From the IMG/VR virus record IMGVR_UViG_3300045988_162215: DNA of 64,000 bases; one strand, 5' to 3'. The position numbers were made by a program, and so were the translations under genes. Below, in pieces: positions 12,757 through 22,853 of this stretch (the stretch's first letter is position 1; the number at the start of each line of letters is the position of its first letter). The notes beneath the pieces were generated by a model. The model was not told where the DNA came from, made no database searches, and worked only from the letters and a program-made list of their open reading frames with translations. The stretch is from a virus.

Positions 12757-13116
12757 ATGAAGAGTTCAAGAGGAGAAATTAAAATTTGTGAAATTTTAGA
12801 TGCTGCGGGTTTAGACTATCAGGAGGAATATACTTTCCCTGACTTGGTGAGTTCAAGCGGAAGACCGCTTCGTTTTGATTTTGCAGTTTTTGATGATAAT
12901 GGAGACCTTGACTTTTTAATTGAATTTCAAGGAATCCAACATTATGAACCAAAAAGTAAATTCGGTGGAGTGTCAGGTTTAAATAAACAAAAATATAATG
13001 ATGCACAAAAAAGAAAATATTGTAAATTACATAATATTACTTTAATTGCAATACCATATTGGGATGAGCATATTATGAATTATGATTATATAATGAAAGC
13101 AGCCAATGGATGGTAA
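12757..13116 (+). CDS. Vsr/DUF559-like (PD-(D/E)xK) endonuclease, free-standing between terL and portal
   Basis: Motifs RFDFAVF and LIEFQGIQHY...D..KR..C....ITLIAIPYWD resemble Vsr-like IE(V/F)DG..H...D..R. ATG at 12757 with SD aaagga (the track's GTG at 12748 is too close to the SD). Confidence 0.5.
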   Translation: MKSSRGEIKICEILDAAGLDYQEEYTFPDLVSSSGRPLRFDFAVFDDNGDLDFLIEFQGIQHYEPKSKFGGVSGLNKQKYNDAQKRKYCKLHNITLIAIPYWDEHIMNYDYIMKAANGW

Positions 13117-13133
13117 ATTTATTTTAGATAAAT

Positions 13134-13162
13134 TTGACAAAAGCCGAAATTTTTAGTATAAT
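13134..13162 (+). promoter_or_regulatory. sigma70 consensus promoter upstream of the portal gene
   Basis: TTGACAaaagccgaaatttttagTATAAT. Confidence 0.65.
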
Positions 13163-13186
13163 TATTTTAGATAAAGGAGGTATCTT

Positions 13187-14788
13187 ATGGTTTTTGCGAT
13201 ACCAAATGATTCAAATAAAAGATTTGATATGGATACCGACCAAAAAATTAGTTATTCTAATAGACCAGTTATTAAAGAAGCTCCAGCAGTAGATTTTAAT
13301 TCTATTAGAGTTGGAGTTAAGACATTGGATGATGCAGTTTTTAAATTAGGAGATTTAAGAAAAACTAATCCAAGATTAGCAGATAAGTGCTCGGTGCTTA
13401 GAGCTATTGATAATTATGACCTAAAAACCATGAGAGAAATTTCTAATTTCTTTTATCGTACAAGCGGTATTTATGCAAGAATTGTCAGATATATGGCATT
13501 CTTGTATAGATATGATTGGTATGTAACTCCATATGTTAAAGATAAAAAATATAAGAATGAAAAGCTAATTACTAATTTTGATAATGTTTTATCTACATTA
13601 GATAATTTTGGAGTTAAAAAAACTTTAGGTGAAATTGCATTAAAAACTTTATTAAATGGTTGCTATTATGGGTATAAAGTTCCAACAGCTAAAAAAATAG
13701 TTTTACAAGAGTTACCTCAAGATTATTGTCGTTCAAGATTCAACTATGGAGATCAGCCCGCAGTTGAGTTTAATATGAGATATTTTGATGATAAATTTGG
13801 AACTGTTGCACAAAGAATGGCTATTTTAAAATTATTTCCAAAAGAGTTCCAAAAAGGATATGTTCTTTATAAAAAAGGAAAGCTTCCTCCGCAATTCTCT
13901 GGAGATACTAGTGGTTGGTATTTATTAGACCCAAAAATGACAGTTAAATTTACTGTAAATGGAGAAGATTATCCACCTTTTATTGCAGTAATTCCATTGC
14001 TTATAGATTTAGATGAAGCGCAAGCTATTGATAAGCAAAGAACTTTACAAAAGTTATTAAAAATTGTTATTCAAAAAATGCCATTTGATAAAAATGGAGA
14101 TTTAATATTTGATATGGATGAAGCACAACAGCTTCATAATAATGCAGTAAAAATGTTAGCTGATGCGATTGGTATCAAAGTATTAACTACATTCGCGGAC
14201 GTCGAAGTGGCGGACATGGCTGAGGATAGTGCAACTAAGACTGATGACTTAGAGCGTATTGAAAGACAGGTATATAATGAAGCCGGTATGTCATTAAACT
14301 TGTTTAATACAACAGGTAATACAGCTTTGGAAAAATCTATTATGAATGATGAAGCTACAATGTATAATTTATTGCTTCAATTTGAAGATTTCTTAAATAG
14401 CTTACTTGATCCTTTTAATACAACGCCTAAAAAAGTTGTTTATAAAGTACAGTTATTAACTACAACAATTTATAATTATAAAGAATTGTCTAAACTTTAT
14501 AAAGAACAAACTCAGCTTGGTTATTCTAAGATGCTTCCGCAGATTGCATTAGGCCAGAGTCAGAGTAGCATACTCGCGACCGCGCATTTTGAGACAGAAG
14601 TATTAGATTTGGTTAACTTATTTATCCCACCTATGATGTCTTCTACAATGAATGCAGATGCATTAAACCAAGTTAATAATTCTAAAGGTACAGCACCTAA
14701 AATAGAAGAAAAGCAAGTAGGTAGAAAAGAATTGGATGATGATAAAAAATCTGATAAGACTTTACAGAATAGAGAAAGTATGTCTTAA
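13187..14788 (+). CDS. portal protein (putative)
   Basis: Position after terL, size 533 aa, strong SD taaaggagg, own consensus promoter 13134..13162. Confidence 0.55.
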   Translation: MVFAIPNDSNKRFDMDTDQKISYSNRPVIKEAPAVDFNSIRVGVKTLDDAVFKLGDLRKTNPRLADKCSVLRAIDNYDLKTMREISNFFYRTSGIYARIVRYMAFLYRYDWYVTPYVKDKKYKNEKLITNFDNVLSTLDNFGVKKTLGEIALKTLLNGCYYGYKVPTAKKIVLQELPQDYCRSRFNYGDQPAVEFNMRYFDDKFGTVAQRMAILKLFPKEFQKGYVLYKKGKLPPQFSGDTSGWYLLDPKMTVKFTVNGEDYPPFIAVIPLLIDLDEAQAIDKQRTLQKLLKIVIQKMPFDKNGDLIFDMDEAQQLHNNAVKMLADAIGIKVLTTFADVEVADMAEDSATKTDDLERIERQVYNEAGMSLNLFNTTGNTALEKSIMNDEATMYNLLLQFEDFLNSLLDPFNTTPKKVVYKVQLLTTTIYNYKELSKLYKEQTQLGYSKMLPQIALGQSQSSILATAHFETEVLDLVNLFIPPMMSSTMNADALNQVNNSKGTAPKIEEKQVGRKELDDDKKSDKTLQNRESMS

Positions 14789-14877
14789 TACTTTCTCTAA
14801 CTCTTGGTCAGATTTTTCAAAATGCATAACTGTTCTTTTAATATAATATAGAAGATTTATAGAAAGGAGAAATAGTA

Positions 14878-16242
14878 ATGTACCAATCTGTTGCTACTAT
14901 TGATGCTCCAGAATTTATAAATTTGAAACCATTGGATATTAACCCTTTAATATCTAAATGTGAAATAAAAGTTCTTTACGTAGGAGAAAATCGAAATAAA
15001 ACTTATTTTTCAAAAGAAATCTTACAGGAAATGTCTACCACACTTCGTGGAACTCCTATTGTTGGAACTTATAATGCAGAAAAGCAAGATTTTGGAGATC
15101 ATGGCAAAAGAGTTATTATTGACCATGATGGTATTAAAAAAGAATGCACTACTAGACCTTATGGTTTTATTCCTACGGATGCAAGGGTCTGGTTTCAAAA
15201 GTTTGAAGATTATGATGAAATAAATGGTTCAATAATTAGAGAATATCTAATGACAGAAGGTTATCTTTGGACATACCAATATCCTGAATGTCAAAGTGTT
15301 ATTGATGAAGGTAAAGCCCATTCAATGGAAATTGATGATAAAACAATGACAGGAAATTGGGTAAAAGATTATAATTCTGGGAATGATTTTTTCTTAGTTG
15401 ATGGAGCTATTTTTTATAAGCTTTGCATACTTGGTGACGATGTACCACCTTGTTTTGAGGGGTCTAGCGTAACTGCACCAAAAGTTAGTGCTTCTTTTAG
15501 TAAAGAAGATAGTGAAGAATTTATGACTACCTTATACAGTATGATGGAAGAAGTCCAAAGTGCTTTAAAAATATCTGAAGGAGGTAAAAAAACAGTGGTC
15601 AAAACAGATGAAACTTTAATCACTGATAGTGAAGATGTAGTGAAGGATTTTTCTAAACAGCCAGAAGATAAAAAGGAAAAGGACGAGCCGGCTAAGGATG
15701 AGCCAAAAGAGGGCGAAAAGAAAGAGGAAGAGCCAGCTGAAGATCCTGAAAAGAAACCTGCTACTGATAGTGCTTTAGAAAAAGACAAGAAAGAGGAAGA
15801 AGAGCCAGCTAAGGCAGAAGAATCTAAGAAAGAGGAAGAGCCTAAGCAGGATGATGACGATTCCAAGAAGAAAAAAGATTATGCTCTTCTTGAACAGCAA
15901 TATACAGAACTTCAATCACAGTATAATTTATTAAAAGAAACTTGTGATGCTCTTACTGATTTCAAGAATAAAGTTGAAGATAAAGAGAAAGATGACCTTA
16001 TCGCTAGTTTCTATATGCTTGATGATGAAGATAAGAAAGATGTTATTGCTAATAAATCTCAGTATTCGTTAGATGATATTGAGGCTAAGCTTTCTGTTAT
16101 TTGTGTAAGAAAGAAAGTTAATTTTAATTTAGAAGAAGATTCCCAGCAACCTGCTCCAACCACATATAATTTGAATAGTGATCTTGAATCAGATGTTCCT
16201 GAGTGGTTGCGTGCAGTAGATGCAGTTAAGAGTCGTAAATAA
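14878..16242 (+). CDS. scaffold / head-maturation-like protein with acidic KEEEP-rich low-complexity region
   Basis: Position between portal and capsid; central E/K/P/D-rich segment (aa ~250-330). Confidence 0.4.
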   Translation: MYQSVATIDAPEFINLKPLDINPLISKCEIKVLYVGENRNKTYFSKEILQEMSTTLRGTPIVGTYNAEKQDFGDHGKRVIIDHDGIKKECTTRPYGFIPTDARVWFQKFEDYDEINGSIIREYLMTEGYLWTYQYPECQSVIDEGKAHSMEIDDKTMTGNWVKDYNSGNDFFLVDGAIFYKLCILGDDVPPCFEGSSVTAPKVSASFSKEDSEEFMTTLYSMMEEVQSALKISEGGKKTVVKTDETLITDSEDVVKDFSKQPEDKKEKDEPAKDEPKEGEKKEEEPAEDPEKKPATDSALEKDKKEEEEPAKAEESKKEEEPKQDDDDSKKKKDYALLEQQYTELQSQYNLLKETCDALTDFKNKVEDKEKDDLIASFYMLDDEDKKDVIANKSQYSLDDIEAKLSVICVRKKVNFNLEEDSQQPAPTTYNLNSDLESDVPEWLRAVDAVKSRK

Positions 16243-16264
16243 ATATTACAGGAGGAATACAATA

Positions 16265-16900
16265 ATGGCAAATTTTACTAGAGTTGGTTATGGTCAAGTA
16301 GAACCTAATCAGTTATCAGCTCAAAAAACAGGTCAGATTTATGCAAGTTTACCTCTTGATCCTAAAGTAGAAGTACTTCAGAATGGCGAATTCATGTTCT
16401 ATGATTATGCCACAGGAAGAGTAACTGCTGAGGGTAAGGGAGAGCCAATGCTCGTATTTAACGAAATTAAGTTATATGAGGATTTCTGGAGAACTTCATA
16501 TAAAGATTTCGCTATGATTAGAGTAGGCGATAATTATGTAACATCAAAGCCGGCAACAGCAGGATATGGCGACGGCGCACTTACAAAAGGTGCATCAATT
16601 AATCCAGGTCATACAGAGTATCCATATCGTATGGATGGAATCGCTCCAAGAATGTTTAAGACAAATATTGGAGATATTTATACAACAAACATGGTTGAAA
16701 CAGGTAAAGAATATGCGGTTGGCGATGAACTTCAACTTAAGAAAGTTGAAAACACTGGCGCAGATGGCATATCAAAATATAATACTTTAGTATTAACTAA
16801 AGATGCTGATCCGGCAGTTGGTACTATTAAGTTTGTAGTAGCTAAGGTATATACAATGCCTGATGGACAGCCTGGACTTAAACTTCAGAGAATTGCGTAA
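16265..16900 (+). CDS. hypothetical head protein (212 aa)
   Basis: ATG at 16265 with SD aggagg (the track's 16220 start lacks an RBS); lies between scaffold and capsid. Confidence 0.45.
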   Translation: MANFTRVGYGQVEPNQLSAQKTGQIYASLPLDPKVEVLQNGEFMFYDYATGRVTAEGKGEPMLVFNEIKLYEDFWRTSYKDFAMIRVGDNYVTSKPATAGYGDGALTKGASINPGHTEYPYRMDGIAPRMFKTNIGDIYTTNMVETGKEYAVGDELQLKKVENTGADGISKYNTLVLTKDADPAVGTIKFVVAKVYTMPDGQPGLKLQRIA

Positions 16901-16914
16901 GGAGGATTTAGAAG

Positions 16915-17940
16915 ATGGAATTTAAACAGCTTTTACAGCTTGCTAAGACAGTCGCTAAGGCTAAGCCTTCTGCTCCTGTTGCTTATAGCTTTGGCGAAAA
17001 GCAATACAGTTACGCAGATTTGAATGACACTCTTAGAGAAGAGTTAAATGGTCTTGCAGGTACATACAGAGATTATCAAATCAATAAAAATACAATTTTT
17101 GCTTTAATGGAACAGACAATTAACGATGTTGTTCCAGAGAGAGTAATGCAGCAATATTCACAGTTTGCTGAAATTAAGACATTTGCACAGGGTGAGAAGC
17201 CTATCTTTACACAAAAAACAACTCTTGCTTCTAGAAGAAGAGCTAAGACATTTATTGGTAAAGTTGGTCTGGCTGGTCTGTACGAAGTATTCAAGCTTGA
17301 TGGTAGAAGTTACGAAGTAACAACAAATGCTTTTGGTGGTGCTGCTCAGATCGGATTTGAGGAGTTCCTTGATGGTAGAGTTGATTTTGCTGAAGTGCTT
17401 GATATTCTTATGGAGGGCATTGATGAGTGCATCTATCTTGAGATTGAGAAACAGCTGATTGGTGCTGTAGCTTCAATTCAGCCAGCTAATAAGACACAGC
17501 AAAATAGCTTCGTAGAGAAGAAGATGGATGAACTGCTTTCTATTGCAGATTCTTATGGTAGTCGTTCAACGATTTACTGTACATTTGAGTTTGCTGCAAC
17601 AATGATTCCTTCAGATGCTAGAATGTCTGATGCAATGAAGAATACTCTGTGGTCTAATGGTTATATTGGTAATTATAAGGGTCACCAAGTAGTAGTTCTT
17701 CCACAGTCATTCGAGGATGAAACAAATGCTGTTAAGGTTATCGATCCTTCATATGCTTGGATTATTCCAACAGGTGCAGAAAAGCCTGTAAAGATTGCAT
17801 TTGAGGGTGGCGCAATCGCAGAAGAATACACAAACTATGACCATTCAAAAGAAATTCAGGTTTACAAGAAAGTCGGAGTAAGAGCAATCTTCTCTAATGC
17901 TATCTGTGTATATCAGAATACATCTTTAACAAGAGCGTAA
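16915..17940 (+). CDS. major capsid protein (putative)
   Basis: SD taaggagg, size 341 aa, position, followed by a strong terminator 17958..17988. Confidence 0.55.
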   Translation: MEFKQLLQLAKTVAKAKPSAPVAYSFGEKQYSYADLNDTLREELNGLAGTYRDYQINKNTIFALMEQTINDVVPERVMQQYSQFAEIKTFAQGEKPIFTQKTTLASRRRAKTFIGKVGLAGLYEVFKLDGRSYEVTTNAFGGAAQIGFEEFLDGRVDFAEVLDILMEGIDECIYLEIEKQLIGAVASIQPANKTQQNSFVEKKMDELLSIADSYGSRSTIYCTFEFAATMIPSDARMSDAMKNTLWSNGYIGNYKGHQVVVLPQSFEDETNAVKVIDPSYAWIIPTGAEKPVKIAFEGGAIAEEYTNYDHSKEIQVYKKVGVRAIFSNAICVYQNTSLTRA

Positions 17941-17957
17941 TTTATAATACAAGAGAA

Positions 17958-17988
17958 TAGGGGAGATTGAATTATCTCCCCAATTTTC
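17958..17988 (+). terminator. intrinsic terminator after the major capsid gene
   Basis: aggggagattgaattatctccccaatttt. Confidence 0.7.
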
Positions 17989-18018
17989 TGCTATTAAGAG
18001 ATAAAGGAGAATTTAATA

Positions 18019-18585
18019 ATGGATAGAATTTCTGTAACAAACAATAGCACAAATAGTGTCGGATATCAAATTCCAGAAGATGGAATTGATAGACAATTTA
18101 ATATTGGAGAAACAAAACAAATTTCTTTAGATGAATTACAAAAAGTTCAATATGTTCCAGGCGGAGATTATATTTTAAAGAATTGTTTAACAATAAATGA
18201 TAAAGATGCACTTGCATTTTTAAATATGGAAGTAGAACCAGAATATTTTTATAGTACAGAAGATATTAAGAATATTCTGTTAAATGGCACAATGGATGAA
18301 TTTGAAGATTTTATCAATTTTGCAACAGAAGGCGGGCTTGATACTGCTAAGAAACTTGCGGTTGATCTTCAAATTCCAGACATGAGAAAAAGAAAAATGC
18401 TGGGCGAAAAGCTTAATTTTAATGTAAATACAGCGATTGAGATTAATGAAATGATGGCTAACGAAGATGCCCCAGTAGAGGAAACTAAGCCAACTAGAAA
18501 GGTAGCACCAAAGGCGGAAACCGCAACCACGGCTGCACCTACTAGAAAAACTACTCCTAAATATAATGTAACAAAAATGGGATAA
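18019..18585 (+). CDS. hypothetical structural protein (head-tail connector region)
   Basis: SD aaaggag + ATG. Confidence 0.4.
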   Translation: MDRISVTNNSTNSVGYQIPEDGIDRQFNIGETKQISLDELQKVQYVPGGDYILKNCLTINDKDALAFLNMEVEPEYFYSTEDIKNILLNGTMDEFEDFINFATEGGLDTAKKLAVDLQIPDMRKRKMLGEKLNFNVNTAIEINEMMANEDAPVEETKPTRKVAPKAETATTAAPTRKTTPKYNVTKMG

Positions 18586-18608
18586 TAAAGAGAAAAGGAG
18601 GATACTCT

Positions 18609-19169
18609 ATGGATAATAAAGTAACCTCATTCTCAGCTATATATGATAGATTTCTTGAAAAGGTAACTGATGATATGTATATGGAAATTTCAGAAGTAGA
18701 AACGTTACCTTTGCTTCAAGAAATGCTTATTGCTGCAATTTCTTTTGTTGAGTTTCCAAGATTTGATATTTATGACTATGTAGAAGGTTATTATGATGAC
18801 TTGGGCGACTATTGTGGAGTTGAAAGTGATAATGTAAAAGTGCCGGCTATCGGATGGATAGGCGGCTACTTTAATGCAGAATTAACTCCAGAAGAAAAAG
18901 AGATTATTGCTATGTATATGGTTGTAGAATGGTTAGGTCAACAATTAGCTCATGTAGATAATACACGAATGAAATATAGTGGATCTGATTTTAAATTTAC
19001 TTCTCAAGCTAATCACATGGCTAAATTAAAAGTTTTAAAAGAAAGCTATACACAACAAGGTTTTCATTTGCAAAGACTTTATAAGAGAAGAAAAAGAGGA
19101 AAGAATGGTCTTATGTTATCTACTATGGGGCAGATAATGGAGGAACCATCCTATGGTTATAAAATATAA
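18609..19169 (+). CDS. hypothetical head-tail joining protein
   Basis: SD aaaaggagg + ATG. Confidence 0.4.
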   Translation: MDNKVTSFSAIYDRFLEKVTDDMYMEISEVETLPLLQEMLIAAISFVEFPRFDIYDYVEGYYDDLGDYCGVESDNVKVPAIGWIGGYFNAELTPEEKEIIAMYMVVEWLGQQLAHVDNTRMKYSGSDFKFTSQANHMAKLKVLKESYTQQGFHLQRLYKRRKRGKNGLMLSTMGQIMEEPSYGYKI

Positions 19170-19494
19170 TTGCAATGTAACAAAAGAAGCAGTTAAAAAT
19201 ACAATAACAAGATTAACAAATCAGATTTATAAAGTTCTTCCATTGAAAGAAGAAAATAAAGATTGGAAAACTTCTTTAAATAATACAATCTTTGAATTAG
19301 TAGGTTTAGATAGTTTATTATCTGATTATTTTAGTTTTTTTAAAATTTTATGTAAATTAGAAAGTCTATTGTTCTTAGATAATGAGGATGATGAACAAGA
19401 ATTTTTTTATTTTAGAAAAACTATTTTTGAATGCTTGAGTTTAATGAATGAGGTGAAGCGATGTCTGGATTCGATAGAATGTCCACAAGAATAA
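19153..19494 (+). CDS. hypothetical head-tail joining protein
   Basis: SD ggagg; overlapping stop/start with neighbours. Confidence 0.4.
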   Translation: MVIKYNCNVTKEAVKNTITRLTNQIYKVLPLKEENKDWKTSLNNTIFELVGLDSLLSDYFSFFKILCKLESLLFLDNEDDEQEFFYFRKTIFECLSLMNEVKRCLDSIECPQE

Positions 19495-20363
19495 ACTATT
19501 TAGGTGGCAAATCCGCAGATTGTCGCTTAAATAAAAGTAAATTAAAATCTATGCTTTCTTCTCAGCAAAATTCATATCAAGCTGAATGGATAACATTAAA
19601 TAATAATAAAAAATGGCGTTGTTTAATAAATCCAGATAAGCTGAAAGAAGATTATGATCAAAAAGAAATTTCTATTGAATTTGAAGCTGGATTGCAAGAG
19701 GGCGATACTTTTTATTGGGATAGAACTAAAACATATTGGATTACATATTTACAAGATTATGCAGAAGAAGCCTATTTTAGAGCAGCAATTAGAAGATGTA
19801 ATTATTCAATAGATATAAATAAAAACAAGTATTGGGTTTATTTGCGGGGCCCGGTTGAGACTTCCTTAATCTGGAGACAGAAACACTCAATCGAAAGTAA
19901 CGACTTAAATTATACTTTAATTGTTTATATTACTAAAAACGAAGAAACAGAAGCGTTTTTTAAAAGATTTCAAATTGTAAAATTTGATAATCATAATTGG
20001 AAAGTCGCCGCAGTTGATAGATATAGTCAAAGAGGCATCATTGAAGTCTATTTAGATGAATACTTTGATAATGTTGATGAAGACAATATGATCATTCCTG
20101 AGATTCAAGAATTTGGACGAAGAGATCCTCATATCGACGGCCCGCAAATTGTAGAAGTTTTTGGAGAAGAAATTGAATATTCTATAAAAAATGCTAGTAA
20201 TGGTAAATTTGTAGTTAATTCTAATAAGGTTAAAATTGTAAAATCAGACGAAAATACGTTAGTATTAAATATATTAACAGGAAAAGCTGATTCTTTTATA
20301 ATTTCTTATATTAGAGAGGGAGAAGAAGATATTACATTAAAAGTAAATATTGATTCTTTCTAG
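19461..20363 (+). CDS. hypothetical structural protein (300 aa)
   Basis: SD gaggtga + ATG. Confidence 0.4.
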   Translation: MSGFDRMSTRINYLGGKSADCRLNKSKLKSMLSSQQNSYQAEWITLNNNKKWRCLINPDKLKEDYDQKEISIEFEAGLQEGDTFYWDRTKTYWITYLQDYAEEAYFRAAIRRCNYSIDINKNKYWVYLRGPVETSLIWRQKHSIESNDLNYTLIVYITKNEETEAFFKRFQIVKFDNHNWKVAAVDRYSQRGIIEVYLDEYFDNVDEDNMIIPEIQEFGRRDPHIDGPQIVEVFGEEIEYSIKNASNGKFVVNSNKVKIVKSDENTLVLNILTGKADSFIISYIREGEEDITLKVNIDSF

Positions 20364-20381
20364 AGTTAAAGGAGATTCTTA

Positions 20382-20990
20382 ATGAGAGCTGGAAAAATGA
20401 ATGGATACAATGGAGAAATAAAATCCACTTTTCTCTCTTGTGAAAAAGATACAGAAGCAATATTAAAAAAGTTATTTGTAGATAGCAAACCATATAGTGA
20501 TATGCTTAAAAGATTACTTATTATAAATACTAAAGATTGTCTTTTTGATATGACAAATCCTGAGTATAATAAGAGAATAAAAGAAAAAAGTATAGCTAAA
20601 ATGTATGATGAAGGATATATTAGATTAAATCCTAATCTTGAGATGGGCGAAAATGAGCAAGTAAAAAGCTATATCTTAATAACTTTTGATAATTTTGCTC
20701 CTTGTGAAAAAAATCCTCATTTTAGGGATTGTACTGTTATGATAGATATAATCTGTCATACTAAATACTGGGATGTGGGAAACTATAGGCAGCGACCGCT
20801 TAAGATTGCTGGCTATATTGATGGTATTTTAAATGAATGTAAGCTTTCGGGTTTGGGAACACTAAACTTTATGGGATGTAATGAAATTGTCATTTCAGAA
20901 GAATTATCTGGCTATTGTTTAACCTATGCCGCGGTTCATGGTTCTGATGATTTTATTCCAGAGGCGGGTGACCCTGATAATGGTAAATAA
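20382..20990 (+). CDS. hypothetical structural protein (202 aa)
   Basis: SD aaaggag + ATG. Confidence 0.4.
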   Translation: MRAGKMNGYNGEIKSTFLSCEKDTEAILKKLFVDSKPYSDMLKRLLIINTKDCLFDMTNPEYNKRIKEKSIAKMYDEGYIRLNPNLEMGENEQVKSYILITFDNFAPCEKNPHFRDCTVMIDIICHTKYWDVGNYRQRPLKIAGYIDGILNECKLSGLGTLNFMGCNEIVISEELSGYCLTYAAVHGSDDFIPEAGDPDNGK

Positions 20991-21729
20991 TTTATTACTT
21001 TTATCGGGGTTAGATATCCCCTTTTTAGATGCTCAGGTCAACATTCATCAACCCACTATTAAAGAAATTTCACTTATTAGTGAAGAAAGTTTTCATTCAG
21101 GTTGTTCATTTTTAAATTTTTCAAAAGATTTGTTACCTGAAGAGGACAAAATAGGTTTAGAGAATAAGAGTGATTTTGAAATATTTATGTCAATGATGAA
21201 TACAAAAGAAAAAGCACAGTTTAAAACAGATACTCTATTGTTGTTAACTTTACTTTTTCCAAATCATTCAATAAAATTTGAACCTAATAGGATTATTTTA
21301 ACAAATTTAAATTTAGAAAATAATCCAAAATCTTTTATTCATTTAGGTAATTATGATACTTTTAAAAGTATTATAATAGATATGTTCTGTTTAACACCAC
21401 CCGGCAAAGGAGAGGGAGAATATAATCCAGCTGATGGCTTTGCCGCGAAGATTGCTGCAAAATTAAAAGCAAGACACGATAAGCTTAAAAAACAGCATAA
21501 AGAAAAAGATGCTCCAAAAGAGATATTTAATCTTTATATTTCAATTCTTGCTGTTGGTGAGCAAAAAGATATTAACAGTTTAATGAATTATACTGTATAT
21601 CAGCTTACTGATGAATTCACTCGTTATCAAAAGAAACTTGCTTATGATATGCATATGCAAGCTATAATGGCTGGTGCAACAGATTTAGATGAAGTAGAAT
21701 ATTGGATGGACGATATCCATTCCAAATAA
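20983..21729 (+). CDS. hypothetical structural protein (start trimmed to the ATG overlapping the upstream stop)
   Basis: MVNNLLLLSG start overlaps the stop of ORF 20382..20990; the track's longer N-terminus is rejected. Confidence 0.35.
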   Translation, partial: VNNLLLLSGLDIPFLDAQVNIHQPTIKEISLISEESFHSGCSFLNFSKDLLPEEDKIGLENKSDFEIFMSMMNTKEKAQFKTDTLLLLTLLFPNHSIKFEPNRIILTNLNLENNPKSFIHLGNYDTFKSIIIDMFCLTPPGKGEGEYNPADGFAAKIAAKLKARHDKLKKQHKEKDAPKEIFNLYISILAVGEQKDINSLMNYTVYQLTDEFTRYQKKLAYDMHMQAIMAGATDLDEVEYWMDDIHSK

Positions 21730-21752
21730 TTAAAATTAAGGAGGAAATAAAC

Positions 21753-22787
21753 ATGAAGTTCGGTGTCCGCGAGATTTGCGATGTAGTATTTAAGGCTACA
21801 GCGAACAATCAAAAGATTGGTCAGAAGACATTCAAAAAGGGTCAGCCTTGTTTCATGATTGATACAGCTAAGACTTCTAGTCTTGAGCAAGCTACAACAA
21901 CAGTTTATGCTCAAGGTGGTAAAGGTAATAACCGTCTGATTGCTTGGGAAGGTGAAAAGACAATGACCTTCACAGTTGAAGATGCACTTATATCTCCTAT
22001 GGGATTAGCAGTACTTTCAGGTGCAGGACTTATTAACCCAGATAAAAAGAACGTAAGCCACGTTCACATTACAGTAAATAAGATGACAAACAGTACTGGT
22101 GTAGCAGAAGTTGATCTTGATGATTTAAGAGAAGAGACTGGATTAAATACAGCAACATCTTTTATTGTTTGTGGCATTATTCCAGCTTATGCTACTATTC
22201 TTGATGGATCAGGTGCAGGTATCGATTGGATTAGCGATGTAGCTATTTCTGGCACAAAGGCAACTGAAGATACAAGTGAAGGGCATCAAGACTACAAGGT
22301 AGACAAAGATACTGTAGCTAAGTTTACGCTTAAAGACTCTGATGGTCAAACTGTTAATGGTAAGACTGTTCAGTTAGACTTCTACTTAATTATGACTACA
22401 GGTGTAACAGAAGTAGAGATTAAGCCAGAAGACTTTGGTGGTTACTTCTATGTTGAAGCTCAGACTCTGTTTAGACGTGAAGATGATGGTCAGGATATGG
22501 CAGCTGAAATTATTTTACCTCGTGTAAAGGTTCAGTCTGGATTCACATTCTCAATGGCTTCATCTGGTGACCCTTCAACATTTACATTTACTATGGATGC
22601 TTTCCCTGGTTATACACAGTTCGATTCTACAAAGAAAGTAATGTGTGTAATGCAGGTTATCGGTACAGATAATCTTGGAAATGATTCTGATTCTGTTCAT
22701 GCTAAACAGCATGGTACATTAGCAAAGGATACTCCTGATTATCCTGCAGCAGAAGCATCAGAAAAAGAAAGTCAAATAGTACCATAA
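21753..22787 (+). CDS. major tail protein (putative)
   Basis: SD aaggagg + ATG (MKFGVREICD); C-terminal Ig-like segment; strong terminator 22795..22830 downstream. Confidence 0.5.
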   Translation: MKFGVREICDVVFKATANNQKIGQKTFKKGQPCFMIDTAKTSSLEQATTTVYAQGGKGNNRLIAWEGEKTMTFTVEDALISPMGLAVLSGAGLINPDKKNVSHVHITVNKMTNSTGVAEVDLDDLREETGLNTATSFIVCGIIPAYATILDGSGAGIDWISDVAISGTKATEDTSEGHQDYKVDKDTVAKFTLKDSDGQTVNGKTVQLDFYLIMTTGVTEVEIKPEDFGGYFYVEAQTLFRREDDGQDMAAEIILPRVKVQSGFTFSMASSGDPSTFTFTMDAFPGYTQFDSTKKVMCVMQVIGTDNLGNDSDSVHAKQHGTLAKDTPDYPAAEASEKESQIVP

Positions 22788-22794
22788 TATAAAA

Positions 22795-22830
22795 AGATGC
22801 GGGAGCGCGGTGCGCTCCCAATTTTTTTAT
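22795..22830 (+). terminator. intrinsic terminator after the major tail gene
   Basis: gcgggagcgcggtgcgctcccaattttttt. Confidence 0.75.
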
Positions 22831-22853
22831 ATCTAAAAGGAAGTGAATAAAAT

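Noticed and set aside
15414-16271. Minus-strand ORFs 15414..15866 and 16059..16271 inside the scaffold-like gene
   Set aside because: They are antisense to the acidic KEEEP low-complexity region. The S/G/L-rich translation is a mirror artefact.
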